A stretch of 64,000 bases of DNA, taken from an uncultured Hyphomicrobiales bacterium. GTDB taxonomy: Bacteria > Bacteroidota > Ignavibacteria > Kapaibacteriales > UBA2268. A model generated the notes under the pieces. The model was not told where the DNA came from and did not search any database. It saw only the letters and a list, made by a program, of their open reading frames with translations. The stretch covers positions 5,704 through 69,703 of the forward strand of contig CAYVVD010000016.1 of assembly GCA_964454975.1 (NCBI GenBank). The letters run 5' to 3'. Each line of letters starts with the position of its first letter. Positions within the stretch are counted from its first letter, which is position 1. Shown here one piece after another: positions 39,392 to 49,724 of the stretch. The translations under genes were made by a program, and so were the position numbers.

Positions 39392-40939
39392 TTAAATCCT
39401 CCTGAGGATATGATAATCATCTATTACTTTGTAATCACTAAAATATTTCTCTAAAAAATTCATGATTTCCCTATGCTCTTTTAATGATTCATAGCTTGTT
39501 TTATGATGATTATTAACAAGAGGGAATACATCACCAGAGTCTATCACAAGCCAATCAGCTCTTCTTACTTCATTAAAGAATTCATTCTTCCAGGTTTTAT
39601 TCGAATATTCAGAAAAATAGTAAACGGATGTACTGAAACTTGATATACGGATATTTTTATTAAATAATAAATTAATATGCGGAGCCCCCATAGTAACAAC
39701 AATTGCAGATTCGTTTCCCTTAGAAGCGTTATTTATTTCACCTGCTACTTTTTGGAATGTTATCATCTTCATATCTTCGTGTGAAATTTCGTATTCATAT
39801 ATGTATTCGTACCTTTCTTTATCAACCACGTAATAATAAAAACCCGGAAGGAGCTTTACCCACCTTGAAATAGGAGAAAATGAAATTCCAAGTACAAGGA
39901 TTGAAAATGCAATCAATCTCTTAACAAGATTCCATTTAAATTTTTGAGTTAATTTTTCGAATATTCCCGAAAATGAAAAAGCAATCAATATTGAAGCTGG
40001 CAAATACATCCGTGTAAAGTGATATGGAATTATTTTTCTCTCTACAAAAACTGAAAAAATAAGCACTATAATAGCAATTGAAGATAATTCAAGAATAATT
40101 CTTTCGCCTTTTCGGTCATCTTGCCATGTGATAGTTTTATAAAAACCGGCTGCCAGCAATGTGGTAAACAAAAGAGAAAAATTATCGCCGAAAAATTGTC
40201 CTGTAGATTTAATAATATGCTTGATAAGAAAAATTCCAATCGGAGGTGAACCTGAGTACTTCATTGTATTCTCAAGCACAATGGCAAAGTACTCTCTAAC
40301 CTCTGGAATAAACAACGGAAAAGAGCCAATGATTAATCCCAGAAGAAATCCCACAAAACCAAACACAAATGCTAAAATGAGCTCTTTAAGGATTATCCTT
40401 TCAATAAACACATAAACCATTGGGACCAGAACAATAATACCCATCGTATATTTAAACGAAGTAAGAATTCCGGCTAATAAGCATGTAATTATATATTTTT
40501 CCGATCTTTCAGATTTAATTAACAAATATACTATCCATATGAAGGTTGGCGCTGCAAAGGATTCGCATTGAAAAGTCTGGTCGAAATTGATTGTAGTAAC
40601 AAGTAATGAATAAATTACAATAGTAAAGGATATTAAATTGGTTGGAATATTTAGTCTTTTAAATGTAAATAAAACAGAAATTATAGTAAATATATGAACC
40701 GTTAACTCAAAAAGCCTTATTCCAATTAGCGATTCTCCGGTAATGGAGTAAATAAGTGCAAAAATATAATAGATTAAAGGGGGTTTCAGGTCTATGTAAT
40801 CCATGTATAAAACTCCACCTTCACTTATAGTCTTCCCGGCAAGCAGGAATATTGACTGGTCGCCGCCAAGCGGAAATGAAAGAATTGGTAATAGGATAAT
40901 AACTGATATAATAAAAAATGGTATCTGTTTTTTATCCAT
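39392..40939 (-). CDS. GT-C-fold (ArnT/PMT-like) membrane glycosyltransferase
   Basis: DQ..F...G......LY.D..D.KPP motif, QCE, FK; multiple TM helices. Confidence 0.8.
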   Translation of the reverse strand: MDKKQIPFFIISVIILLPILSFPLGGDQSIFLLAGKTISEGGVLYMDYIDLKPPLIYYIFALIYSITGESLIGIRLFELTVHIFTIISVLFTFKRLNIPTNLISFTIVIYSLLVTTINFDQTFQCESFAAPTFIWIVYLLIKSERSEKYIITCLLAGILTSFKYTMGIIVLVPMVYVFIERIILKELILAFVFGFVGFLLGLIIGSFPLFIPEVREYFAIVLENTMKYSGSPPIGIFLIKHIIKSTGQFFGDNFSLLFTTLLAAGFYKTITWQDDRKGERIILELSSIAIIVLIFSVFVERKIIPYHFTRMYLPASILIAFSFSGIFEKLTQKFKWNLVKRLIAFSILVLGISFSPISRWVKLLPGFYYYVVDKERYEYIYEYEISHEDMKMITFQKVAGEINNASKGNESAIVVTMGAPHINLLFNKNIRISSFSTSVYYFSEYSNKTWKNEFFNEVRRADWLVIDSGDVFPLVNNHHKTSYESLKEHREIMNFLEKYFSDYKVIDDYHILRRI

Positions 40940-42026
40940 ATTGGTTGCCATCCAATATCTGTGAATATATCTCAAGAGTTTGTTCTGCCATTCTTTCCTT
41001 CGAAAAGCTCTTTGCTTTTTCAATGCCATTAGATTTAAGAAGCGATTTTAATTTCTCGTTGTTGATTATTCTCAATACCTGCTTTGCTAATTGCTTATAG
41101 CTCCCAACCTCTGCCAGAAGGCCGTTTTTCTCATGTTCAATTAACTCTACTACACCACCAGCCTTAGTGGCAACTACCGGAACACCTGAGGCCATTGCGT
41201 CAATAACAGATGTACCGAGCCCTTCTGTTTTTGAAGTGAAAAGAAAAACATCAAGCTCAGGCAGGATATCCGGAATATCATTTCTGAAACCGGTTAATAT
41301 TATATGCTCTTCCAAGTCCTTTTGTTTTATGTAATTTTCAATGATATTTTTTTCAGGACCATCACCAATAATAAAAAATATCGCAGGGAATTTTTGTTTA
41401 ATTAATAATTCCGCTGTATCTACAAATGTGATATAATCCTTGTGGGGAGCAATTGCAGCGACATTCCCAATTAAGTATTTAGCCTGATGAATACTAAATT
41501 CTTTTCTAAGCTTACCTTGATTTAATCTTTTTTCAAATTTCGACAGATCAACACCAGAATAAACAATTTCAATTTTTGATTTATCTTTAATTGCAGGTTC
41601 TGTTATCTTCATGATTGTTTCTGAGACACAAATTATCTTATAAACTCTTTTATAATTATATTTCAATTGTGATAATATCCCCTTTTTAACAGGGAAGTCC
41701 ACCCGCCTGCTGACCACAACCGGCACTTTATTTCTAAAAATAGTTCCTGAAAAAACTGCAGCAGTATGTGCATGAGAATCATGTGCGTGTATTAAGTCCA
41801 TATCATATTCTGTACAGATATCAAAAATCTTCCCAGGGAATTGCCACCTGTTTTTTACAGAGAACACCTTGAGATTGCTTGATATGCAATATTCTTCCAA
41901 TTTAGTGCCTGAAGGGCAAATCACTGCCTGCAAGATGTTTTTCTTAGCTAATTCAGTTGTCAAATAAGCTAATTGCTGTTCACCACCCCTCCAGCTAAGA
42001 GGTGTTGATACATGAACAATCCTCAT
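40932..42026 (-). CDS. Glycosyltransferase family 4 (LPS/cell-wall biosynthesis)
   Basis: WRGGEQQ, IHAH, SRRVDF, GFRND, TEGLGTSVIDAMA. Confidence 0.9.
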   Translation of the reverse strand: MRIVHVSTPLSWRGGEQQLAYLTTELAKKNILQAVICPSGTKLEEYCISSNLKVFSVKNRWQFPGKIFDICTEYDMDLIHAHDSHAHTAAVFSGTIFRNKVPVVVSRRVDFPVKKGILSQLKYNYKRVYKIICVSETIMKITEPAIKDKSKIEIVYSGVDLSKFEKRLNQGKLRKEFSIHQAKYLIGNVAAIAPHKDYITFVDTAELLIKQKFPAIFFIIGDGPEKNIIENYIKQKDLEEHIILTGFRNDIPDILPELDVFLFTSKTEGLGTSVIDAMASGVPVVATKAGGVVELIEHEKNGLLAEVGSYKQLAKQVLRIINNEKLKSLLKSNGIEKAKSFSKERMAEQTLEIYSQILDGNQYG

Positions 42027-42170
42027 CAGGATACAATCCAATGATTGCCAGAAACGTCGAATCCATTACTAAAGAAAGGTTTGCAAATTATCATTATATT
42101 TAGTTAGTTATTGGTTAAGTTCTTTCAAAATAATGAAATACCTTTTGAAAGCCAACGTTGAATACGTCAT

Positions 42171-42525
42171 GGGGATGTAATGGATTCGACGAGGTGATGG
42201 AATTCGAAAGTAGCATGCCGTGCTTTCGGTGATGCACGTAAATACAACCGTCGCATATAATAAATGCAAACGATAATTATGCTTTGGCTGCGTAAATAAA
42301 CCGGCCACATCCTGCAGGGGGCTCGCCCGCCGGAACTTTGCAGGATGCCGCTAAAGGCGGGACCGTCCACGGACATTCTCCTTGCACGTGGATTAAATTT
42401 CGGGAGATAGTTTTGCAAGAGCCTGCCCTGTGGCAACCGGCAAAGCAAATTTAAAATTCAGGGATAAGCATGTAGAAGCTTCGGATGAAACTCTTCGGAC
42501 GCGGGTTCGATTCCCGCCATCTCCA
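42171..42525 (+). ncRNA. ssrA: tmRNA (transfer-messenger RNA), tag peptide (A)ANDNYALAA
   Basis: 5' GGGGATG pairs with 3' CATCTCC-A (G.U at pair 3); GGATTCGAC 5' motif; T-arm GCGGGTTCGATTCCCGC; tag ORF 42266-42295 GCA AAC GAT AAT TAT GCT TTG GCT GCG TAA. Confidence 0.97.
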
Positions 42526-42533
42526 CAAAAAAT

Positions 42534-43742
42534 GTGAGAACCAAACTCCTTACCCATAAAAACATGCTGATTCTCTGCTGCATTATGGCAGCAATCAGGG
42601 TATTATTCGTATTTATTTCTGACGATTTCAATAGTATCGAGGATTATCGAATTGCTCAAAATATCGCTGACGGCAGTGGGTTCGTATATGTTGAGCAATT
42701 AGGCCCGACAGCCCTGAAAGCTCCTGTTTACCCTTACTTCCTGTCAGTTTTTATTTTGATGTTCGGTGATGATGCACCATTTTTTATTGCACTTTTTCAA
42801 CACCTGGTATTTTCATTCTTACCATTACTTATTTATAGAATAATGAAGGATCTGCAATATGGATATGCCGGAATAATTGCAGGTTTTTTGTTTTCTTTAT
42901 ACCCCTCCTTTATTTATTATCCAAGTGTAATTGAAACTACTTCCATTTTTATACCATTAATACTATTGTGGATTTATTCATTTCTGAAATGCAAAAAAAC
43001 GAACTCAGTTTTCGATTTCTGGTTATTAGGGTTCATAAGTAGTTTAGTTTTCCTTACACAGCCTATTAGCCTGCCTTTTATTCTGGCAGGTATAGTTTAC
43101 CTGTCAATTAAATCAACGAGTAAACATTGGATTGGTTTAATTACATTTTTTCTGATACTCCCTGCTACATGGTCTATCAGGAACTGTGTAGAATTCAATA
43201 AATTCATCCCATCGAAATCACCTTTTTGGATGAATCTTTATTATGGTTACAGTCCTGATTTCACGTCTTATAATACTATTGACGTATTCGGAGAACAGAC
43301 CCGGAAGCGCATTGATTCACTGAGAAGAATTACAAATGATGTTGAGATGGAAGCAGTTTATAAAAATGAGTTCTTCAAAATCTTCAGTGCCTCGCCGGGA
43401 ACTTATTTCAAGAAATCATTAATAAATGTAATTAGCTATTGGTGGCTTACCCCTGCAAACGAGTCGAATATAAGCTTAAATCTATTGCTGTTTCGATTAC
43501 TCCCACTCGTATTACTACACATCATGTCTATATTCGGTCTTTTCTATTTATTCAAAACCAACAAAACGTTGTTTTGGATTGTGATTTTGATTTTCCTCTA
43601 TTTCACCCTTGTTTATAGCCTGACTCACCCGGCAAATACGAGGTTTAAGCTTGATATTGAATGGATCCAAATATTGATTTCATCAATGGTAATTTGTAAG
43701 TGGCTGTTTAATAAACACCCTGATTTTATTAACATTCATTAA
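42534..43742 (+). CDS. GT-C-fold (ArnT/PMT-like) membrane glycosyltransferase
   Basis: DY.IA.NI..G.GF, P.YP.FL, YP, ET, WSIRN, RF motifs; polytopic membrane protein; start may be the ATG at 42564. Confidence 0.8.
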   Translation: MRTKLLTHKNMLILCCIMAAIRVLFVFISDDFNSIEDYRIAQNIADGSGFVYVEQLGPTALKAPVYPYFLSVFILMFGDDAPFFIALFQHLVFSFLPLLIYRIMKDLQYGYAGIIAGFLFSLYPSFIYYPSVIETTSIFIPLILLWIYSFLKCKKTNSVFDFWLLGFISSLVFLTQPISLPFILAGIVYLSIKSTSKHWIGLITFFLILPATWSIRNCVEFNKFIPSKSPFWMNLYYGYSPDFTSYNTIDVFGEQTRKRIDSLRRITNDVEMEAVYKNEFFKIFSASPGTYFKKSLINVISYWWLTPANESNISLNLLLFRLLPLVLLHIMSIFGLFYLFKTNKTLFWIVILIFLYFTLVYSLTHPANTRFKLDIEWIQILISSMVICKWLFNKHPDFINIH

Positions 43743-43826
43743 TCTCCTTTTCATATTGAATCAAGAATAAATTAAATTGTGTAGTGTTTGACAACCAATT
43801 CTTAAATTCATTTGAGGTTTTAATTA

Positions 43827-46800
43827 ATGAAAGGAATTCTACTTTTTCTAATTGCGATAGCTTTAATGGGCTTTGCAGAATTAAAAGCACAGTTGAAATC
43901 AAAAGTTCTTTCTACTTATCACAGTGGTATTTTTGATGATGGCGCTGCGGAGATTGGTTCCTTCGACCCTATAACTAATCTTTATTTCTTTACAAATGCA
44001 ACCGATGCTTCAATAGACGTTCTGGATCTTAGCGATCCTTCCAATCCTATTCTGTCATTTTCTATTGACATCACAGAATATGGCGATGCTGTAAACAGTG
44101 TTGCTGTTAAAAACGGGGTTGTTGCTGCCGCAATCGAAGCTGATCCCAAACAAGCCCCCGGCAAGGTTGTTTTCTTTGATACTGATGGGAACTTTTTGAA
44201 CGAAGTAACAACGGGTTCATTACCGGATATGGTTACATTTACTAACGATGGTAATAAAGTAATAGTAGCAAACGAGGGGGAACCCAATGATGAATATACA
44301 GTCGATCCTGAAGGTTCAGTAAGCATTATTGATATTTCTAACGGTGTTGCTAATGCTACGTTACAGCATGCAGATTTCCGGGCATTCAATGGTGCAGCAG
44401 AATCATTAAAAAACAGGGGTATTAGGATTTTTGGCCCAAATGCTTCAGTTTCTCAAGACCTCGAGCCGGAATACATCGCTGTAAGTTCAGACGATGTTTA
44501 TGCTTATGTAACACTGCAGGAAGCTAATGCGCTTGCAGTTGTTGATATTGAAAATGCCGAAGTTCTTGATATTCTGCCACTTGGCTATAAATTCTGGCAA
44601 TTTGACCGACCTGTAATGGGCCAGTTTTTTCTAAATCAACTGACCAATCTTCCATCTCTTGGAACACCTTTATATGAAGGTGCTGAAGAAATTAAAGTAA
44701 GCGGTTTTTCCGGTCTTTATTGTAACCTGGCAGAATCATCTCAACAAGAACTTGTTTTTTATACAATTCCTGACAGAGGTCCCAACGCCGGAGCAGTAAG
44801 CAAAGGAAATGTTGGTTCAGTTCAGAATCTAAGGCCGTTCAAACTTCCTGATTACCAGGCAAGAATCGTAAAGTTTACTTTAAATATTACAACCGGTAAC
44901 GTAACGCTAAGCGAAAACGATTATATATACCTAACACAAAAAGACGGTGTTACACCAATAACAGGACGATGCAATATTCCCGGTTTTGATGAAGTTCCGG
45001 TTGCTTTTACTGATGATAATGTTTATACTAATATAGACTATGAGTTCGATGGAGTTCAATACCACGAACTTGAATATGACCCATTTGGGGGTGACTTTGA
45101 AGGGATCTTACTTGACAATGACGGTAATTTTTGGATGTGCGACGAATACCGCCCGGCATTATACAAGTTTGCTCCCGATGGAACTCTTCTTGAACGATAT
45201 GTACCCGAAGGAACATCATTATTAGGTACTATTGAACAGCCTGTAGGATTTTATGGTGCCGAAACACTCCCTGCAGTATATGCTAAAAAACGAGCAAACA
45301 GAGGGTTTGAGGCAATTGCATACGATCCTGAAAACAATATCATATATGCTTTTATCCAGTCACCAATTGAAAATCCGGATAATTCAGTGAGGAACACTAC
45401 CGATGTTATTCGCATTCTGGGTGTAGATGCAGCAACGGGTCAACCGGTTTCAGAATATGTTTACCTGCTTGAAAACAATGCCATGAGCGGGCACTCAGTT
45501 GGACGTGTTGACAAAATTGGCGATGCCTGCTACATTGGCAATGGTATTTTTGCAATCCTGGAACGTGATTCCAGCGTTCCGGGTGAAAATGAAGGCAAGA
45601 AATATGTCTTTTTAATTGATATTAACAAAGCTACAAACATCCTTGGAACACCTTTAGCAGAGAAAATCACTTCTTCAGACCCGAATGATAAAACCTTAGA
45701 AATGATGACTGCCGACGACCTTGCAGCAAATGAAGTAAGACCTGTGTTTAAAAGGAAGCTTGTGAACCTCCCATCCCTGGGTTATCTACCAAGCGATAAA
45801 CCGGAAGGCCTTACATTAGTCGGTGCAGGAGATGTTGCCACAGCATTTGCAGTAATAAACGACAATGACTTTGGACTTGCGGGTGCCGGCGTAAGCGATG
45901 ACATATCCCTGGGTATCCTTGGTTTTAGCAACGAAGGCGGTGGTTTTGATGCCAGTAACAAAGACAATGGTATTAACATAACAAACTGGCCTGTTTTGGG
46001 TGCTTATATGCCTGATGCTATTGCAAATTACTCCTTTGGTGAGAAGGATTATTACCTGACAGCCAACGAAGGTGACTCAAGAGATTATGACGGATACTCC
46101 GAAGAAGAAAGAATAAAGGACTTAACACTTGATGATGAATATTGGGATGGTGCAGAGATATTTCAATTGGATGAAAACCTGGGCAGGTTGAATGCTACTA
46201 CTGCTAACGGCGATATTGACGGAGACGGCAAGTATGAATATGTATTTACTTATGGTGCGCGTTCATTCTCAATTTGGGATGAATACGGCAATATGACATA
46301 TGACAGTGGCAGCGAATTCGAAGTAAAGCTATCCCAGCTATTTGAAATTGATTTCAATTCAACTAACGATGAAAACTTCAGTTTCGACAACCGCTCAGAT
46401 GACAAAGGCCCTGAACCCGAAGCCGTTGTAGTTGGTGAAGTAGAGGGCAAGACATACGCTTTTATAGGGCTTGAACGTATGGGAGGCATTATGATTTATG
46501 AATTAGTTTCGCCCTATGAAGCAATTTATGCTGGCTATATGAACAACCGGAATTTTGATTATTCGTTTGATCCTGATGATGTATCACTTGAAGACCTTCA
46601 ACATATTGGAGACCTCGCACCTGAGGGCCTTGTTTTTGTTCAGGCAGAATTTAGCCCTAATGGTAAAGCCCTGCTGATTACTTCTAACGAAGTAAGCGGG
46701 TCAGTTACAACATGGGCACTGGGTTCTACCGTTGGTGTAGAGAATGAAGAGCATAACATGATGCTCATCAATAATTTCCCGAATCCGTTTACAAGTTCTA

Positions 46801-47015
46801 CAAGCATCAACATCTCTATAATTGAACCTGGTGTTGCAAGCCTCGAAATTTACTCCGTGGATGGAAATAAGGTAGCTTCAATAAGTAATTTATTCCTTGA
46901 CAGGAATCTACATTCAATAGAATTCAAAGCTGCGAACCTACCTGCAGGAGCCTACTACTGCGTATTAAAAATGAACGGCAAATCTGAAACAATTAATATG
47001 GTGAAAGTGAAGTAA
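43827..47015 (+). CDS. Choice-of-anchor I family protein with inserted phytase-like esterase domain and T9SS CTD
   Basis: AAEI, LPDMVTF, ANEGEP, DLEPEYIA, then YMPDAIA, TANEGDSR, RSDDKGPEPE, GLER, APEG; insert with DRGPN, DEYRP, NRGFE, DKPEG, NDNDFG; NFPNPF...AGAYYC CTD. Confidence 0.85.
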   Translation: MKGILLFLIAIALMGFAELKAQLKSKVLSTYHSGIFDDGAAEIGSFDPITNLYFFTNATDASIDVLDLSDPSNPILSFSIDITEYGDAVNSVAVKNGVVAAAIEADPKQAPGKVVFFDTDGNFLNEVTTGSLPDMVTFTNDGNKVIVANEGEPNDEYTVDPEGSVSIIDISNGVANATLQHADFRAFNGAAESLKNRGIRIFGPNASVSQDLEPEYIAVSSDDVYAYVTLQEANALAVVDIENAEVLDILPLGYKFWQFDRPVMGQFFLNQLTNLPSLGTPLYEGAEEIKVSGFSGLYCNLAESSQQELVFYTIPDRGPNAGAVSKGNVGSVQNLRPFKLPDYQARIVKFTLNITTGNVTLSENDYIYLTQKDGVTPITGRCNIPGFDEVPVAFTDDNVYTNIDYEFDGVQYHELEYDPFGGDFEGILLDNDGNFWMCDEYRPALYKFAPDGTLLERYVPEGTSLLGTIEQPVGFYGAETLPAVYAKKRANRGFEAIAYDPENNIIYAFIQSPIENPDNSVRNTTDVIRILGVDAATGQPVSEYVYLLENNAMSGHSVGRVDKIGDACYIGNGIFAILERDSSVPGENEGKKYVFLIDINKATNILGTPLAEKITSSDPNDKTLEMMTADDLAANEVRPVFKRKLVNLPSLGYLPSDKPEGLTLVGAGDVATAFAVINDNDFGLAGAGVSDDISLGILGFSNEGGGFDASNKDNGINITNWPVLGAYMPDAIANYSFGEKDYYLTANEGDSRDYDGYSEEERIKDLTLDDEYWDGAEIFQLDENLGRLNATTANGDIDGDGKYEYVFTYGARSFSIWDEYGNMTYDSGSEFEVKLSQLFEIDFNSTNDENFSFDNRSDDKGPEPEAVVVGEVEGKTYAFIGLERMGGIMIYELVSPYEAIYAGYMNNRNFDYSFDPDDVSLEDLQHIGDLAPEGLVFVQAEFSPNGKALLITSNEVSGSVTTWALGSTVGVENEEHNMMLINNFPNPFTSSTSINISIIEPGVASLEIYSVDGNKVASISNLFLDRNLHSIEFKAANLPAGAYYCVLKMNGKSETINMVKVK

Positions 47016-47033
47016 ATTCATATTTCTTTTTTT

Positions 47034-47070
47034 AAAGTCTCCCGGCAAATAGTTGGGAGACTTTTTTTTT
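47034..47070 (+). terminator. Intrinsic terminator
   Basis: AAAGTCTCCC...GGGAGACTTT followed by a long T run. Confidence 0.85.
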
Positions 47071-47170
47071 GAGACGGATTTACGTTTTATGTGTTAATAT
47101 ATCAGAACATAAATTATTCACTAATAAATAATAGATTCTGATTTAATCTGCCCTACTATTTAAACTTATC

Positions 47171-47217
47171 AATTACTGTTAATAATTTGTGAATTAGTTA
47201 ACAGTAATTTAAATTTG
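47171..47217 (+). promoter_or_regulatory. 12-bp perfect inverted repeat abutting a TAAATTTG -7 element (candidate operator/promoter)
   Basis: AATTACTGTTAA-N15-TTAACAGTAATT, then TAAATTTG at 47210-47217. Confidence 0.5.
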
Positions 47218-47238
47218 TTGTATGAAGCAGAGGCAGAA

Positions 47239-49692
47239 ATGAACAAGTCAAAATCACTTACCTATCATGCAATTTTATCAATCTTATTGTTAAATCTACT
47301 CAAATTAAACTCTCAAAGCATAAATACGGAGCTATACGAGTACATTAGCCCTGTTCCCGGCAGTGACTATATCCTTCCGGAAAATAATATTATAATTCGC
47401 TTTGGAGAAGAACTAACAAAAGAGATTGACTCTTCAAAGCTAATAATAGATGTAAGTGGTTCGATGTCGGGACATGTCAAGGGGAACCTCTTTGTTTATA
47501 AAGACAACAAAACCCTGATTTTTTTACCTGAAAAATCATACCAGAGAGGAGAAAGAGTAAATGTCAGGTATATTGGAGGATTGGAAACAATTAATATGAA
47601 TATCCTTCCAGAGTTGGAATTTTATTTTGATATTAAAGACCCACTGCCGATTAGCGTAGAAAAGAAGAAACCACCCAAACCGGTTAGTTCAAAAATTCAG
47701 ATTGCAGACTCAATCAGAAAAATGCAAACAGAGAAACATTTACCTGAAAATTTCCTCCCTGTAACTACGAATGTTTTAAGTAAAATTTCAGAAGGAAAAT
47801 ATTTATTCAGCACTAATGGTTTTGGTTGGAATCAGGAGGAAAAACTATATCCCTACTTAATTGTAAGCGATGAACATGGGACGCCGGTATTTTTCCGTGA
47901 AAAACCTGCCGGAGCTATTCCTGTTAATATTAATAATAAAGGCTACATTACATATTTTGATCCCGGAAGTAAAGGATTTTTAATTTGTGATAATGAATTC
48001 AATCCTATTCAACATGTAACGACAGGGAATGGGTACAATCCTGATGTTCATGACCTTGCGATTTATAATAATACTTTTTGGATAATATCATATGATACTC
48101 AGTTAATTGATTTAACTGATTCTATAGAAGGAGGTTTTCACCATCAAAGAATGGCCGGTGTTATAATCCAAAATATTGATAAAGAGGGAATCGTTTTTTT
48201 CCAATGGAGGAGTTGGGACCACTTTAGCATGTTCGATAGTTATTATGAAGAGTTTTTAGACTCAACTCATAATTATGACTTAGTACATGCAAACACAATT
48301 GAAGTTGATTCAGATACATCTATCCTGGTTTCATGCAGAAATATGAACGAAATTACTAAAATTAATACTCTTACTGGTGAAATAGTTTGGAGGCTTGGTG
48401 GAAAGAACAATCATTTTGAATTTATTGATTCACCAAGGAGGTTCTCTTTTCAACATGATGTCAGGAAGCATGATGAAAACATAATTACACTGTTTGATAA
48501 CGGGAATATGTCAAAACCTACTCAATCAAGTTCAGTAACTTACAAAATCAATGAAGATAAGCTGACAGTTGAAGAAGTTAGCAGACTCGAATTAGGTCCC
48601 GCTCAGATGAGTTGGTCAATGGGTAATTCACAATTGCTCGACAATGGCAATACCGTTGTGGGCTGGGGTTCTAAAAGATACCCTAATATTACCGAGTTTA
48701 ATAGCGATGGTGAACCACTTATACACATTAATTTCAATTGCCCAAATTACCGTGCTTTTAAATTCGACTGGGAGACGCAGCTCTTTGAGACAGACATTAA
48801 GGAGTATGATTTTGGGGTATTAGAGAAGGGTAACTCTCACAATCTAAATATAGTAATAAATAATAACCAGGATGTTCCGATGGAAATATCAAGCATCCAC
48901 AATCACCTGGATGAATATTCAATATTAGAAGATTTACCTTTACAAATTGAAGCTAAAGGAAGCCGGGAAATCACTATTAAATTAAACCCCGATTCGGTTG
49001 GAAAAGCATACGATGTATTTACCCTGGATTATGATAACGACAGCACGAGATATGCCAGGCAAATAAGATTGACTGCAGATGTAATTCCACAGCAAGGTAA
49101 TTCAACTATTTCATATAATCCTGTAAATATGAGCAAAAACATACTATTAAGTACAAAACCTGTGCTTTCATTTTCAAGGGCGCTTAAGACGAAAAAAGAT
49201 GAATTGTGGCCCGTAAATATTGGGGATTACTTTTTTTTGAGAAAAGATTCTCCGGAAGGAGATAATATTGAGTTCAAGGCAACAGTTGACTGGCGAAAGA
49301 CAAAAGTTACGATAGCGTCTGTTGATGAACTTGAAAAAGCCTCTGTTTATTACTTCGGAATCAAGGATACTCTTTATGATTACTCCGGAGATCCGATATT
49401 GCCGCAATCTGTTTTGTTTTATACTTTAGGCTATACTGATATCGAGGATATTAAGAATAGCGAAGTATCAATTTCTCCAAACCCTGCAAATGAATTCATA
49501 ACAATAAACTCTATCGATGAAGCAATCTCGGAAGTCGAGCTTATTACGATTAGTGGTAATAGTTTGATTCATCGAAAAAATCTATCAATTAATAAAATCA
49601 GACTGAATATTTATGATCTGGTTCGTGGAATGTACTTTGTAAAGATTAGAACCTTAAACAATACATTTGCAACTAAATTAATTGTCGAGTAG
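47239..49692 (+). CDS. Arylsulfate sulfotransferase (ASST-like) with Ig-like domains and T9SS CTD
   Basis: DVHDL, FQWRSWDH, HANTI, SCRN, WRLGGK, FQHDVR, LFDNG; SPNPA...GMYFV...KLIVE CTD. Confidence 0.85.
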   Translation: MNKSKSLTYHAILSILLLNLLKLNSQSINTELYEYISPVPGSDYILPENNIIIRFGEELTKEIDSSKLIIDVSGSMSGHVKGNLFVYKDNKTLIFLPEKSYQRGERVNVRYIGGLETINMNILPELEFYFDIKDPLPISVEKKKPPKPVSSKIQIADSIRKMQTEKHLPENFLPVTTNVLSKISEGKYLFSTNGFGWNQEEKLYPYLIVSDEHGTPVFFREKPAGAIPVNINNKGYITYFDPGSKGFLICDNEFNPIQHVTTGNGYNPDVHDLAIYNNTFWIISYDTQLIDLTDSIEGGFHHQRMAGVIIQNIDKEGIVFFQWRSWDHFSMFDSYYEEFLDSTHNYDLVHANTIEVDSDTSILVSCRNMNEITKINTLTGEIVWRLGGKNNHFEFIDSPRRFSFQHDVRKHDENIITLFDNGNMSKPTQSSSVTYKINEDKLTVEEVSRLELGPAQMSWSMGNSQLLDNGNTVVGWGSKRYPNITEFNSDGEPLIHINFNCPNYRAFKFDWETQLFETDIKEYDFGVLEKGNSHNLNIVINNNQDVPMEISSIHNHLDEYSILEDLPLQIEAKGSREITIKLNPDSVGKAYDVFTLDYDNDSTRYARQIRLTADVIPQQGNSTISYNPVNMSKNILLSTKPVLSFSRALKTKKDELWPVNIGDYFFLRKDSPEGDNIEFKATVDWRKTKVTIASVDELEKASVYYFGIKDTLYDYSGDPILPQSVLFYTLGYTDIEDIKNSEVSISPNPANEFITINSIDEAISEVELITISGNSLIHRKNLSINKIRLNIYDLVRGMYFVKIRTLNNTFATKLIVE

Positions 49693-49724
49693 TCTGATAA
49701 AAAAACAATTAACCCGGAGTCAAA

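Noticed and set aside
42108-42448. Minus-strand ORFs 42108-42308 and 42167-42448
   Set aside because: They are antisense to the tmRNA gene and show no protein-family features.
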